Of a stretch of 64,000 bases of DNA, positions 19,912-29,441 are shown piece after piece; positions within the stretch are counted from its first letter, which is position 1, and every line of letters starts with the position of its first letter. The translations under genes and the position numbers were made by a program. The DNA is taken from positions 21,734 through 85,733 of the forward strand of contig CAYYIW010000014.1 of assembly GCA_964472085.1 (NCBI GenBank). The letters are read 5' to 3'. The notes beneath the pieces are model-generated. The model searched no databases. It saw nothing but the letters and a program-made list of their open reading frames with translations, and was not told the origin of the DNA. This DNA is from an uncultured Rikenellaceae bacterium. GTDB lineage: Bacteria; Bacteroidota; Bacteroidia; Bacteroidales; VadinHA17.

Positions 19912-20069
19912 ACGTAAATAATTATTTTTAATGGACGTATGGAACCCGCATGTATACTTAATTCTTTTCATCAGTGTTTGTGTAATGCTTACATGTGGGT
20001 TTCATATAAGTTGTTTTATTCTTTATCCTGTATTCTTTTTTATTAAGTTATCAGATTATTGTCTTCTAT

Positions 20070-23000
20070 TTATTTCTCCTTAACCCATTTTATAGCGTCT
20101 CCCAGTACTATTCTGCCGGATGACTGGTTTGTCAGAACCACCTTTGCCGTATCCGGTGACAGGTAATATCTGCCCAGGCTGTTCCAGCCTGCCTCAGCCT
20201 TTTCGTAATCCAGGGTTATGTCATCTTCTCCCTCATCGTGATATATCTTATAATGCAGATCCTTGTAAGGACTTTCGGGTTGTCTGGCATTCTCTCCGGG
20301 TCCTCCTGGTCCGCCACGGCCACCCCGTCTTATCATCATCCTGTCGGGTGTCTTCCCGATGTAACTGTAAATCTCATAATATCCGGGCTTTTTTATAACT
20401 GCATCCCATGTTACGGATCTGTCACCTGAACCACCCCTGGTGTATACGGCCGACCTGATATATTTGCCGTAATAATCGGACTGGACCACGGACTGCCAGT
20501 ATTCAGGGATGAAGATCATACTGATTGACTGATAGCTTTTTCCCCTGTTGGTCCGGATGCCAAGAAGTCTCTTGAGAGGACTCGATGTATTTTGCTGACT
20601 TGTAGAGAATCCCGGGTCCTCATTATCAACTATAATATCCGACGGATCGGCGAATTCCGGTATCTTATCCAGCACTTCCTCCCCTGTGAATTCAGGTATA
20701 TTACCTTTTGTTTTTACTATATCGTTGATAGGCATTGTTATCTCACCGGGAATATTCCTGGCGAAGAGGGTGTTTATCATCATCTCTCTCGGCTGGGCAT
20801 CAAGTACTATTCCAATCCTCTTTGCCTCTTTGGGTTCCATCAGTACAATTTTGGAGATATCCTGGGCCTCCATTCCTCTTCCCTGCATTGAAATGGAGAT
20901 TCGTCCACCGCCACCTCCTCGTAGCATAAACATTGATGCCTGTCCTCCGCCTCTTCCGAAGCCACCGGTCCGGAAGGAGATATTAAACAGGCCGGCCACA
21001 GGCTCAGGATTGGAAGCAACGAAGGTAACCTGGTACCTCGACCTGTCACCCACGACTATCTGGCTTGTCTTCAAGCCCGAGAAGAGAAATCCAGGTTGTT
21101 TTTCCCCGTTGAACCAGCTATCCAGATAGGGATAAAATGCAAATCCGAATTTGTCCATTACATCCTTGTTGAAACTGGTAATATCCACTCTTTTGAAGCT
21201 GTTCTTTTTGAGATATGTTGTGAACCAGTCTGTGAATTCATCTATTCCTGCCTCAGACCTGAGAAGGTTAAACAACCAGTCCCCTTTGACGGCAAGGACA
21301 ATTCTGATGGTATCCCCCCTTGGATCACGGGCCAGAAGGTCCCTGAAGCTTATCCTGTTCAGGATCAGGTTTGCTTTGTCATTATCTGAAAGATCACTGA
21401 AGAATCCTCTGCCTCTTCCCTGGGGACCTGAATTCACCTGCTGCAAATGTGATTCAAAGACCGCATTTATTACGGGATATTTTACAGAATAGAAATTATT
21501 CCGGAAAAAATAAAAACTTGGTCCGAGAAGATATCTTCCCGGTTCATTGTATGCTCTGCCATTTATCATGGTGAAGTTTTGACCACTGATAAATGTATTT
21601 CTTATGAAATTGTTGAAAATCCTTACCTGCAGCTCTTTATCCGTGATCACCTGGTTATTCCTTTCATTTCTTCTTTTCTGTCTCTGATACTGCTTGTAAA
21701 AGCCGGCATTTTGTAAAGTAGCCAGTTTTTCAGGCAGCAGGACCATTGATGGCTGAACTTCAGAACGTGTCTGAGTGCACTCTCTCGGGAATGAATAGAA
21801 CTGTACCGGTACTTCAACAAGACTCAGTGTATTAAAGGGGAATTTAACAGAGAAATTGGTTTCAAGGTCTCTCATCACTCCCGAAATCATGCTTTTAAGA
21901 GTATCTTTCAACTCGTATAGATCTTTTTTATAATAATCATCACCGGGGAAATAATAGGTCAGGTATTCCACAGAATCCACTTTCAATGTGTCGGTTTTGT
22001 AATTACCGATTGCCAGTGTAAGTCCTGTAAGCGGTTTGTCCGGTCTGAAGACCTGGTGCCCTTCGGTCTTATGTGATATACCCTGCGATACTGCTGTAAG
22101 ACCGGGTTCATCCTTAACCTTTAATGAATACCTTGTGAAATCAACTTTTATCCGTGCCGGATTGGAAGGATAATAATTTAGTGATGGTAACGGATACCAG
22201 TAAGTCTCGGGTGTCAGGAGGAGATACTTATCCGTCAGGAAAGCCTGTCGTTTATTTACATTTACCATTGTAATCCTGTAAGGGGTCTCCTTCAGGTTAT
22301 CATTGTAATTCGGGTAGCAGAATGATTCGTTTATACCTCCCCTGTAGGATATTACCAGGCTGTCGGCCTGTCCCGGAGACAGCGACCTTAGAGGAGAAAT
22401 ATCAATCACCTGGTTTACTCTTCTGAATGAGAGCTCCTGTCCGGCAGAGGTGATCTTTTCAACTTCCAGGGAGGGATTAAGGGTAAAGATATAATGGTCG
22501 ATAGGGACACTGTTGTCGTTCTCAATTTTTAATGATGCAGTTGCCTGTATCCTGTTCCCTATATGTGCCAGATCGATATTGGCATCGGTAAGTGCAGGGA
22601 AATTCATGTTTTCAAATTCCCTGTTGGCTTTTATTGTCATGGCTTTTTCCCTGACACCGGACCTGTAGGCATTGTATGTATTATATGCACAGAATCCGGC
22701 AGCGATAAAGAAAACTGTCATAAAGGTAACCGAGAATATACGGTGCAGTCTCGACTGCGGAAGGCGGTTGAAAAGTAAAACAGTGGCAAGAACCAAAGCC
22801 AGTCCCAGGAATAGGTACAGAAGCCTCTGGTTAATGATAAGGGAAAGATCATCATAGCCCACCATCCCCGATTTGAACAGGGGAAGGCCAAAGGCCATAT
22901 AGTCAAACACTGAACCTGCCCTGAACCACAGGTAAAACATGTCGAGAGCTGAAATACCCAGAAGCAGGAGGAATGTTATCGCCTGGTTACGAATGACAGT

Positions 23001-23507
23001 CATCAGGACATAGGCCAGACCAAGACTGAAAATTATTGTCGGGACACAAATGATCAGAAGATATGAAAGGTACGAACTTATATCAATTGTCATCGTTTTT
23101 GAAATGAAATTGATCAGCAGTGCTATAGCCAGGATCATCAGGTCAAGGCCAAGGAAAAGCTTAAGGATTCCCCAGGTCTTGCCGATAATATATTCGAAAT
23201 TTGACATTGACCTGGTATACAGCACTTCATTTGTATCAACCTTCTTGTCCCTTTTCAGGAAGTCGGCTGCAAGGAAGATCACCACTATTGCCTGTCCTAT
23301 GTTAAGGAGGTAGAGGTTTACCAGAGGAACTGATGACGGGATGGCCACAAGATTCCACGGCTCATCTCCCACAGGGGAGAAAAGGCCAATGTTTAGGAAA
23401 ACAAATATGACAAGTGCACCGAGTGAAAATAGCCGGAAGAACCAGCTCCTTCTCAGTGTTTTTGCCTCATATCTTGCAACTGTGCTTATGTTGTGAAGAA
23501 ATGCCAT
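20070..23507 (-). CDS. Large membrane protein: N-terminal ABC-2-permease-like multi-TM domain + ~860-aa extracytoplasmic region resembling an M1-aminopeptidase fold but lacking HEXXH
   Basis: 1145 aa. Residues 1-~280 are multi-TM. The following region has an aminopeptidase-N-like layout (…LVISYRGG…, …NFSVKFPFNTLSLVEVP…). There is no HE dipeptide anywhere in the protein. It has Gly/Arg-rich tracts. It lies directly downstream of an ABC ATPase. Confidence 0.65.
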   Translation of the reverse strand: MAFLHNISTVARYEAKTLRRSWFFRLFSLGALVIFVFLNIGLFSPVGDEPWNLVAIPSSVPLVNLYLLNIGQAIVVIFLAADFLKRDKKVDTNEVLYTRSMSNFEYIIGKTWGILKLFLGLDLMILAIALLINFISKTMTIDISSYLSYLLIICVPTIIFSLGLAYVLMTVIRNQAITFLLLLGISALDMFYLWFRAGSVFDYMAFGLPLFKSGMVGYDDLSLIINQRLLYLFLGLALVLATVLLFNRLPQSRLHRIFSVTFMTVFFIAAGFCAYNTYNAYRSGVREKAMTIKANREFENMNFPALTDANIDLAHIGNRIQATASLKIENDNSVPIDHYIFTLNPSLEVEKITSAGQELSFRRVNQVIDISPLRSLSPGQADSLVISYRGGINESFCYPNYNDNLKETPYRITMVNVNKRQAFLTDKYLLLTPETYWYPLPSLNYYPSNPARIKVDFTRYSLKVKDEPGLTAVSQGISHKTEGHQVFRPDKPLTGLTLAIGNYKTDTLKVDSVEYLTYYFPGDDYYKKDLYELKDTLKSMISGVMRDLETNFSVKFPFNTLSLVEVPVQFYSFPRECTQTRSEVQPSMVLLPEKLATLQNAGFYKQYQRQKRRNERNNQVITDKELQVRIFNNFIRNTFISGQNFTMINGRAYNEPGRYLLGPSFYFFRNNFYSVKYPVINAVFESHLQQVNSGPQGRGRGFFSDLSDNDKANLILNRISFRDLLARDPRGDTIRIVLAVKGDWLFNLLRSEAGIDEFTDWFTTYLKKNSFKRVDITSFNKDVMDKFGFAFYPYLDSWFNGEKQPGFLFSGLKTSQIVVGDRSRYQVTFVASNPEPVAGLFNISFRTGGFGRGGGQASMFMLRGGGGGRISISMQGRGMEAQDISKIVLMEPKEAKRIGIVLDAQPREMMINTLFARNIPGEITMPINDIVKTKGNIPEFTGEEVLDKIPEFADPSDIIVDNEDPGFSTSQQNTSSPLKRLLGIRTNRGKSYQSISMIFIPEYWQSVVQSDYYGKYIRSAVYTRGGSGDRSVTWDAVIKKPGYYEIYSYIGKTPDRMMIRRGGRGGPGGPGENARQPESPYKDLHYKIYHDEGEDDITLDYEKAEAGWNSLGRYYLSPDTAKVVLTNQSSGRIVLGDAIKWVKEK

Positions 23508-23522
23508 ACAGGTGATTTGTAG

Positions 23523-24416
23523 TTACTCTATAATATCAGCATGAAGCTTGTGCTCCATATAATATACATATGCATGTTCTATATTAGGGATTATCTTTTC
23601 AGAACTGTAATCAGGCGGATTGTCACATACAATCTGTACTTCCCATCCTGTTTCAACCGGTATCGTACTGATGACATTATAGTATTCCTTGACCTTGTCA
23701 TACTCATACTGATTAAGGTGAAGCCTGAAGACATGACCGTCTGCTTTTTTGACCAGGTCCTCCGGGGAGCCGGCAAAAACCACTTCTCCCTTGTTCAGTA
23801 ATGCCATCCCCTGGCATGTTGATGAAATATCACCAACTATATGAGTTGACAGTATTATTGTGACATCATGCTGGCTGAGCTGTGACAGGATATTCCTGAA
23901 ACGGATCCTTTCATCAGGATCAAGACCTGTTGTTGGTTCATCAACTACTATAATTTTCGGATTACCAATCAGAGCCTGTGCAATACCAAGACGACGTTTC
24001 ATACCTCCTGATAACCTGTTAGCCTGCCTGTCTCTTACTTCAAGCAGTCCTACCTGGTCAAGGAGACTGTCAACCTGTTGCATCCTTTCTTTCCTGTTCT
24101 TCAGACCTGCCAGGGAACCTGAATAATCAAGAAACTCCCATGTACGCAGAGAGGTAAAAAACCTGAAATCCTGCGGGAGATAACCCAGCATACTCCTCAA
24201 CTCCTTTCTTTGTTTCTGAATATCCTTACCGTTTACAAGGACCAACCCCGAGGAGGGTTTCATGAGAGTCACCATTATTCTCATGAGGCTCGATTTGCCG
24301 GCACCATTCGGACCGAGAAGTCCGAACATACCAGTTCCGAATTCAAGGTTAACATTTTTTAATGCATGGTTGCCGTTAGGGTATATTTTGTTAAGTCCCA
24401 GGATCTCAATTTTCAT
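23523..24416 (-). CDS. ABC transporter ATP-binding protein
   Basis: 297 aa with Walker A GPNGAGKS, signature LSGGMKRR and Walker B IIVVDEPTTGLD. Confidence 0.94.
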   Translation of the reverse strand: MKIEILGLNKIYPNGNHALKNVNLEFGTGMFGLLGPNGAGKSSLMRIMVTLMKPSSGLVLVNGKDIQKQRKELRSMLGYLPQDFRFFTSLRTWEFLDYSGSLAGLKNRKERMQQVDSLLDQVGLLEVRDRQANRLSGGMKRRLGIAQALIGNPKIIVVDEPTTGLDPDERIRFRNILSQLSQHDVTIILSTHIVGDISSTCQGMALLNKGEVVFAGSPEDLVKKADGHVFRLHLNQYEYDKVKEYYNVISTIPVETGWEVQIVCDNPPDYSSEKIIPNIEHAYVYYMEHKLHADIIE

Positions 24417-24701
24417 AGGTTCAAAGGCTTTTAAAAAGAAATTAGTTTTCCGGTTACAAAATTCAATTCGTGTTAAAATCTTCTTTGATTTCCGGTCTAC
24501 TGCTTATCCTGATAAATAACACTCTAGTAACTTTAAATGGAAATTATTTCTACTTACATTGGACTACTTAAAGACGTTAATTATTTCAAATGTTACACTA
24601 AAATAACATGTTTTGCAACATAATTGTGGTTTTTCTGTTAAAATTCTAACATAGTCGTGATCTTTAAAAGTGAATTTTATTTATTTCCAGGATTGAAGCA
24701 G

Positions 24702-24738
24702 TTTATTTGTCTCCCCGGCTGCGGGGCAGACAAATAAA
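24702..24738. repeat. Long near-perfect inverted repeat in divergent intergenic region
   Basis: The sequence is TTTATTTGTCTCCCCG-gctg-CGGGGCAGACAAATAAA. It forms 11+5 bp with one bulged G. Confidence 0.6.
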
Positions 24739-24798
24739 TACAAATAAATATAGAGACCTGAAGCATGCCGCAATATTCGTGTTCTCAAAATAAAAGCA

Positions 24799-24806
24799 TA
24801 TTTTTG
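24799..24806 (+). promoter_or_regulatory. Candidate -7 box (TATTTTTG) for the HD/lpx gene cluster
   Basis: Matches TAnnTTTG and lies 19 nt upstream of the TTG start at 24825. Motif match only. Confidence 0.3.
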
Positions 24807-24824
24807 TAGATTAAAATTTATTGA

Positions 24825-26078
24825 TTGACATACATTACCAACAAGAAGAAAATAATCAACGATCCGGTTTATGGTTTTATAAACATCCCGGGTGATTTTG
24901 TATTTGATCTCATTGAACACCCCTGGTTTCAGCGTCTCAGGAATATTAAGCAGTTGGGACTGACAAGCTTTGTATACCCGGGGGCCAATCACACCCGTTT
25001 TCAGCATGGCTTAGGTGCTTTGCATTTAATGGACATGGCCATAACTACGCTAAGAAGTAAGGGTGTATATATCTCTCCCGAGGAAGAAGAAGCTGTGAGC
25101 GTGGCTATTCTTCTCCATGATGCCGGTCATGGCCCATTTTCTCATGCACTGGAGAAATCAATAATAAATGGTATAAGTCATGAAGATATGTCACTCCTGC
25201 TGATGTGGAAGCTAAACGAGGAGTTCAGGGGAAGGCTCGACATGGCGTTGGCTATATTCAACGGCTCATATCCAAGGAAGTTCTTTCACGAGCTGATTAC
25301 CGGGCAGGTTGATATGGACAGGCTTGATTACCTCAGGCGCGACAGCTTTTTTACAGGTGTAATAGAGGGATCGGTAGGATCTGACAGGATCATAAGGATG
25401 CTTAATGTAGTGGATGACGGTCTTGTTATTGATGAGAAAGGCATCTATTCTCTTGAAAAGTTCCTGATAGCACGTCGTCTCATGTACTGGCAGGTTTATA
25501 TGCATAAAACAGTACTGTCGTCCGAAAGCCTGCTTGTTAAGGTTCTTAAAAGGGCCAAGGAGCTGGCTGATGAAGGTGTTGATATGTATGCCTCACCGGC
25601 TCTGAGGTTTTTCCTGTATAACAGGATCGGCCAAGATGACCTGGCACATGACGGAAAGTTCACACCGGGACTGGTGGCTTCAAACTTCACACGACTTGAT
25701 GATTCTGATATACTTGTATCTGCCAAGTACTGGGGAGACCATTCCGATAAGGTTCTGTCCGATCTTTCGGGACGGCTTATGAGAAGGGCTTTGCTGGCCA
25801 TTGAGCTTCAGAATGATCCCTTCCCCCTGGAAAGAGTAAAGGAGCTCAGTTCACTGGCAGGAAAGATAATGGGCATAAATAAGGGCCTTGAAGATTATTA
25901 TGTATACACGGAAAGTGTCTCGAACCTGGCATATACGGCTGATGAAGCGGAAGTAAGGATACTTCTGAAAAGCGGAAAAACAGCCAATATTTCAGAAGTC
26001 TCAGATATGTTCGATCACGGCTTCGTACACGATAGAATTACCAAATATTTCCTTTGTTATCCAAAAGAATGCAAATAA
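24825..26078 (+). CDS. HD-domain phosphohydrolase (YdhJ/SAMHD1-like, COG1078-type)
   Basis: 417 aa with [28 protein letters not shown] and DRLDYLRRD. It starts at TTG, and there is no in-frame ATG nearby. Confidence 0.85.
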   Translation: MTYITNKKKIINDPVYGFINIPGDFVFDLIEHPWFQRLRNIKQLGLTSFVYPGANHTRFQHGLGALHLMDMAITTLRSKGVYISPEEEEAVSVAILLHDAGHGPFSHALEKSIINGISHEDMSLLLMWKLNEEFRGRLDMALAIFNGSYPRKFFHELITGQVDMDRLDYLRRDSFFTGVIEGSVGSDRIIRMLNVVDDGLVIDEKGIYSLEKFLIARRLMYWQVYMHKTVLSSESLLVKVLKRAKELADEGVDMYASPALRFFLYNRIGQDDLAHDGKFTPGLVASNFTRLDDSDILVSAKYWGDHSDKVLSDLSGRLMRRALLAIELQNDPFPLERVKELSSLAGKIMGINKGLEDYYVYTESVSNLAYTADEAEVRILLKSGKTANISEVSDMFDHGFVHDRITKYFLCYPKECK

Positions 26079-26094
26079 TTTAAAATATTGTCAA

Positions 26095-27132
26095 ATGGAA
26101 TTTACTGCTGCAACAATTGCCGGTTTTCTTAACGGTAAAATAGAGGGCAACCCTGATGTGAAAGTCAATACGGTTGCAAAAATAGAGGAGGGCCACAGCG
26201 GAGCCTTGTCATTCCTGGCCAATCCAAAATATGAACATTACATATATACCACACAATCCTCGATCGTCCTGGTAAATAATACATTTGTCCCGTCATCAAA
26301 AATTGAGGCTACACTGATCAGGGTCGATAATGCCTACGAGGCATTCGCCTCTCTGCTGAGGCTTGTGGATCAGTCGCGTCCAAGGAAGAAGGGGATACAT
26401 CCAACTGCCATTATAGAACCGACAGCCACGATAGGTTCAGATGTCTATGTCGGTCCTTATGCCTATATAGGTGATAACTGCCTGATAGGCGACGGCTGCT
26501 CAGTTTACCCCCATGTATATATTGGCGATAATACAAGGCTCGGAAAAAACTGCAGTGTTAATCCGGGCGTAAAGATCTACCACGAATGTATTATTGGTGA
26601 TGACTGTACAATACATGCAGGATCGGTGATCGGAGGCGACGGATTCGGCTTTGCCCCCCAGTCGGACAGTGAGTATATGAAGATTCCGCAACTTGGCAAT
26701 GTCATCCTTGAGGACCAGGTGGAGATAGGAGCTAATGTGACCATAGACAGGGCAACGATGGGATCAACAATAATAAGGAAGGGCGTCAAGCTTGATAACC
26801 TGATTCAGATAGGTCATAACGTTGAAATAGGAGAGAATACAGTTATGGCTGCACAGACTGGTATTGCAGGCTCCACAAAGATTGGAAAGAACTGTATGTT
26901 CGGAGGACAGGTGGGTATTTCCGGTCATGTTAAGATACCCGGAGGTACAAAAATAGGTGCCCAGGCTGGTATCCTCGGGGATATAAAGGAAGAAAATGCT
27001 GTACTTCTTGGTTCACCCTCCATGGATCTTAAAAAATTCCTGAGATCCTTTGCCGTATTTAAGAAACTGCCCGAGATCCAGGCACAACTCAGTTCTATCC
27101 AAAAAGAGGTTGAAGCTGAGAAAAATAAGTGA
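26095..27132 (+). CDS. lpxD: UDP-3-O-acylglucosamine N-acyltransferase
   Basis: 345 aa with an N-terminal LpxD-type domain ([12 protein letters not shown]). Left-handed beta-helix hexapeptide repeats follow. Lies in lpx gene context. Confidence 0.92.
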   Translation: MEFTAATIAGFLNGKIEGNPDVKVNTVAKIEEGHSGALSFLANPKYEHYIYTTQSSIVLVNNTFVPSSKIEATLIRVDNAYEAFASLLRLVDQSRPRKKGIHPTAIIEPTATIGSDVYVGPYAYIGDNCLIGDGCSVYPHVYIGDNTRLGKNCSVNPGVKIYHECIIGDDCTIHAGSVIGGDGFGFAPQSDSEYMKIPQLGNVILEDQVEIGANVTIDRATMGSTIIRKGVKLDNLIQIGHNVEIGENTVMAAQTGIAGSTKIGKNCMFGGQVGISGHVKIPGGTKIGAQAGILGDIKEENAVLLGSPSMDLKKFLRSFAVFKKLPEIQAQLSSIQKEVEAEKNK

Positions 27133-27253
27133 TCTTTCAGCACGTTCGGAATGAAAAGCATTGTTTTAAATTTAGTTAAAAGATAAATTTCTGGATTGTT
27201 CGAAAAATTTTTATTTTTTTTGTACCCGGAATTTAACTTAATACCTGATATTA

Positions 27254-28648
27254 ATGAGTGAAAAACAGAGGACCCTGGCAAAAGAGGTAAGTCTTTCTGG
27301 TAAGGGGTTGCATTCGGGGATCGAGGTAACTTTGACATTTAAACCTGCTCCTGATAACTTCGGCTATAAATTCTGCAGGACTGATATGCCGGATAAGCCG
27401 ATGATTGAGGCTTTGGCTGAACACGTGACCGATACTTCAAGAGGTACCACTCTTGTACATAACAATGCTTCGGTATCGACTATTGAACATGTTCTTGCAG
27501 CTCTTCACGGTATGCAGATAGATAATGCCATAATTGAACTGAACGGACCTGAAGCCCCTATAATGGGGGGTTCTTCATGGAGATTTGTTGAAGCGATTAA
27601 GGAAGCCGGTATCGTTGAACAGAAAGAAGAAAGGAACTATTTTGTTGTGCAACAGAAAATAACCTTTTCGGATGAAGAGCATGGAGTTGACCTGATGGTA
27701 TATCCCGACGATCATTTCAGTGTAAACGTATTTATCGATTATAACTCAAGGATACTCGGTAATCAATATGCAATTCTGGATAACATAGAGGATTTTGAAG
27801 AAGAGATAAGTCATAGCCGCACATTTGTATTTTTCCATGAACTTGAGCCGTTGTTCAGGATGGGACTTATCAAAGGTGGTGACCTTGATAATGCCATTGT
27901 GATACTTGAAAAAGAGGTGGAACAATCAGAGATCGACCGTATTGCCACCCTGTTTAACAGGCCGGGTATCAACACTCATAAAACAGGGATACTTAATAAT
28001 ACGGAGTTGAGGTATCCTAATGAACCTGCACGTCATAAGCTCCTCGACATCATGGGCGATCTGGCCCTTGTCGGCCATCCTATCAAAGGGAAGATTGTTG
28101 CAACACGACCGGGTCATCATGCCAATACCCGTCTGGCGAAGGTGATGCGCCAGGAGATGAAAAAGGCACTGCTTAAAAAGGATATTCCCGTTTATGACCC
28201 CACTGCTAAACCTGTATTTAACCTTGATGACATAAGGAAACGTCTTCCTCACCGGTTTCCTTTTCTCCTGGTTGACAAAATTATCGCCCTGGGAGAGAGT
28301 TCGATAGTAGGCATAAAGAATGTCACTTTTAACGAAGAATTTTTCCAGGGGCATTTCCCCGGAGAACCTGTCATGCCCGGAGTTCTTATGGTCGAGGCAC
28401 TTGCCCAGACAGGAGGATTGCTGGTCCTGAGTACCGTTAACGAACCTGAGAAATATTCAACATATTTCCTGAAGATAGATAAGGTAAAATTTAAAAATAA
28501 AGTTGTACCGGGAGATACCCTTATACTTAAGCTTGAACTGGCGGATGTAATAAGGAGAGGAATAGTCACCATGTTCGGACAGGCGTTTGTTGGTAATAAA
28601 CTGGTGCTTGAAGGAGAACTTACAGCCCAGGTTGTAAAAAATAAATAG
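27254..28648 (+). CDS. lpxC/fabZ: Bifunctional UDP-3-O-acyl-GlcNAc deacetylase / 3-hydroxyacyl-ACP dehydratase
   Basis: 464 aa. The N-terminal LpxC part shows SGKGLHSG and ATRPGHHANT. The C-terminal FabZ hot-dog part shows LPHRFPFLLVDKI and FFQGHFPGEPVMPGVL. Confidence 0.95.
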   Translation: MSEKQRTLAKEVSLSGKGLHSGIEVTLTFKPAPDNFGYKFCRTDMPDKPMIEALAEHVTDTSRGTTLVHNNASVSTIEHVLAALHGMQIDNAIIELNGPEAPIMGGSSWRFVEAIKEAGIVEQKEERNYFVVQQKITFSDEEHGVDLMVYPDDHFSVNVFIDYNSRILGNQYAILDNIEDFEEEISHSRTFVFFHELEPLFRMGLIKGGDLDNAIVILEKEVEQSEIDRIATLFNRPGINTHKTGILNNTELRYPNEPARHKLLDIMGDLALVGHPIKGKIVATRPGHHANTRLAKVMRQEMKKALLKKDIPVYDPTAKPVFNLDDIRKRLPHRFPFLLVDKIIALGESSIVGIKNVTFNEEFFQGHFPGEPVMPGVLMVEALAQTGGLLVLSTVNEPEKYSTYFLKIDKVKFKNKVVPGDTLILKLELADVIRRGIVTMFGQAFVGNKLVLEGELTAQVVKNK

Positions 28649-28657
28649 TAACAGTTA

Positions 28658-29431
28658 ATGATCTCAAATTTAGCCTTTATTCATCCGGATGCAAGAATTG
28701 GTAAAGATGTAACCATTGAGGCATTCGCATATGTAGCCGGGAATGTTGAAATTGGAGAAGGAACCTGGATAAGCCCTAATGCAACCATCCTCGACGGAGC
28801 ACGTATTGGCAGGAATTGCAGGATATTTCCAACGGCAGTTATATCGGGTATCCCCCAGGATCTGAAATTCAGGGGAGAGGATTCAACCGCTGAGATAGGA
28901 GATGACACCACAATAAGGGAAGGTGTGACAGTTAACCGTGGAACTGCTGCTGTGGGTAGGACCATTGTGGGTAACAACTGTCTGGTGATGGCATATGCCC
29001 ATGTCGGCCACGATTGTGCAATTGGTAATAATTGTATCATCGGGAATGCCACAGGCATGGCAGGTGAGGCAAAGGTCGACGACTGGGCCATCATCAGCGG
29101 CGGAACACTGGTGCATCAGTTCACTCATATAGGTGCACATGTTATTATCGGCGGCGGATCCAAAGTGCGAATAGATGTACCACCCTATATCAAGGCTGAC
29201 AGGGAACCACTGTCATACATGGGGCTTAATTCTGTGGGGCTGAATCGCAGGGGATTCGCGAAAGAAAGGATAGATGAGATACATAACATCTACAGGGTGA
29301 TATATCAGAATGGGTTGAATTTCACAAAGGCTCTGGCTCAAGTTGAAAATACATTCATCCCGTCGCAAGATCGTGATTATATTCTTAATTTCTTCAGAAC
29401 ATCTGAAAGGGGCGTAATACGAGCCCGCTAA
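28658..29431 (+). CDS. lpxA: Acyl-ACP--UDP-GlcNAc O-acyltransferase
   Basis: 257 aa with hexapeptide repeats and a C-terminal YMGLNSVGLNRRGF motif. Confidence 0.93.
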   Translation: MISNLAFIHPDARIGKDVTIEAFAYVAGNVEIGEGTWISPNATILDGARIGRNCRIFPTAVISGIPQDLKFRGEDSTAEIGDDTTIREGVTVNRGTAAVGRTIVGNNCLVMAYAHVGHDCAIGNNCIIGNATGMAGEAKVDDWAIISGGTLVHQFTHIGAHVIIGGGSKVRIDVPPYIKADREPLSYMGLNSVGLNRRGFAKERIDEIHNIYRVIYQNGLNFTKALAQVENTFIPSQDRDYILNFFRTSERGVIRAR

Positions 29432-29441
29432 CAACGGCCGA

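Noticed and set aside
24681-25007. 108-aa minus-strand ORF spanning the intergenic hairpin and the start of the HD gene
   Set aside because: It overlaps the well-supported HD-domain CDS and the AT-rich promoter region. It has no motif. Its existence depends on the inverted repeat sequence.
26925-27338. 137-aa minus-strand ORF bridging the lpxD end and the lpxC/fabZ start
   Set aside because: It is antisense to two strongly supported lpx genes and has no features.
27254-28648. LpxC-FabZ gene fusion as a possible novelty
   Set aside because: This bifunctional fusion is a well-known characteristic of Bacteroidota. It is useful as a taxonomic marker but is not new.
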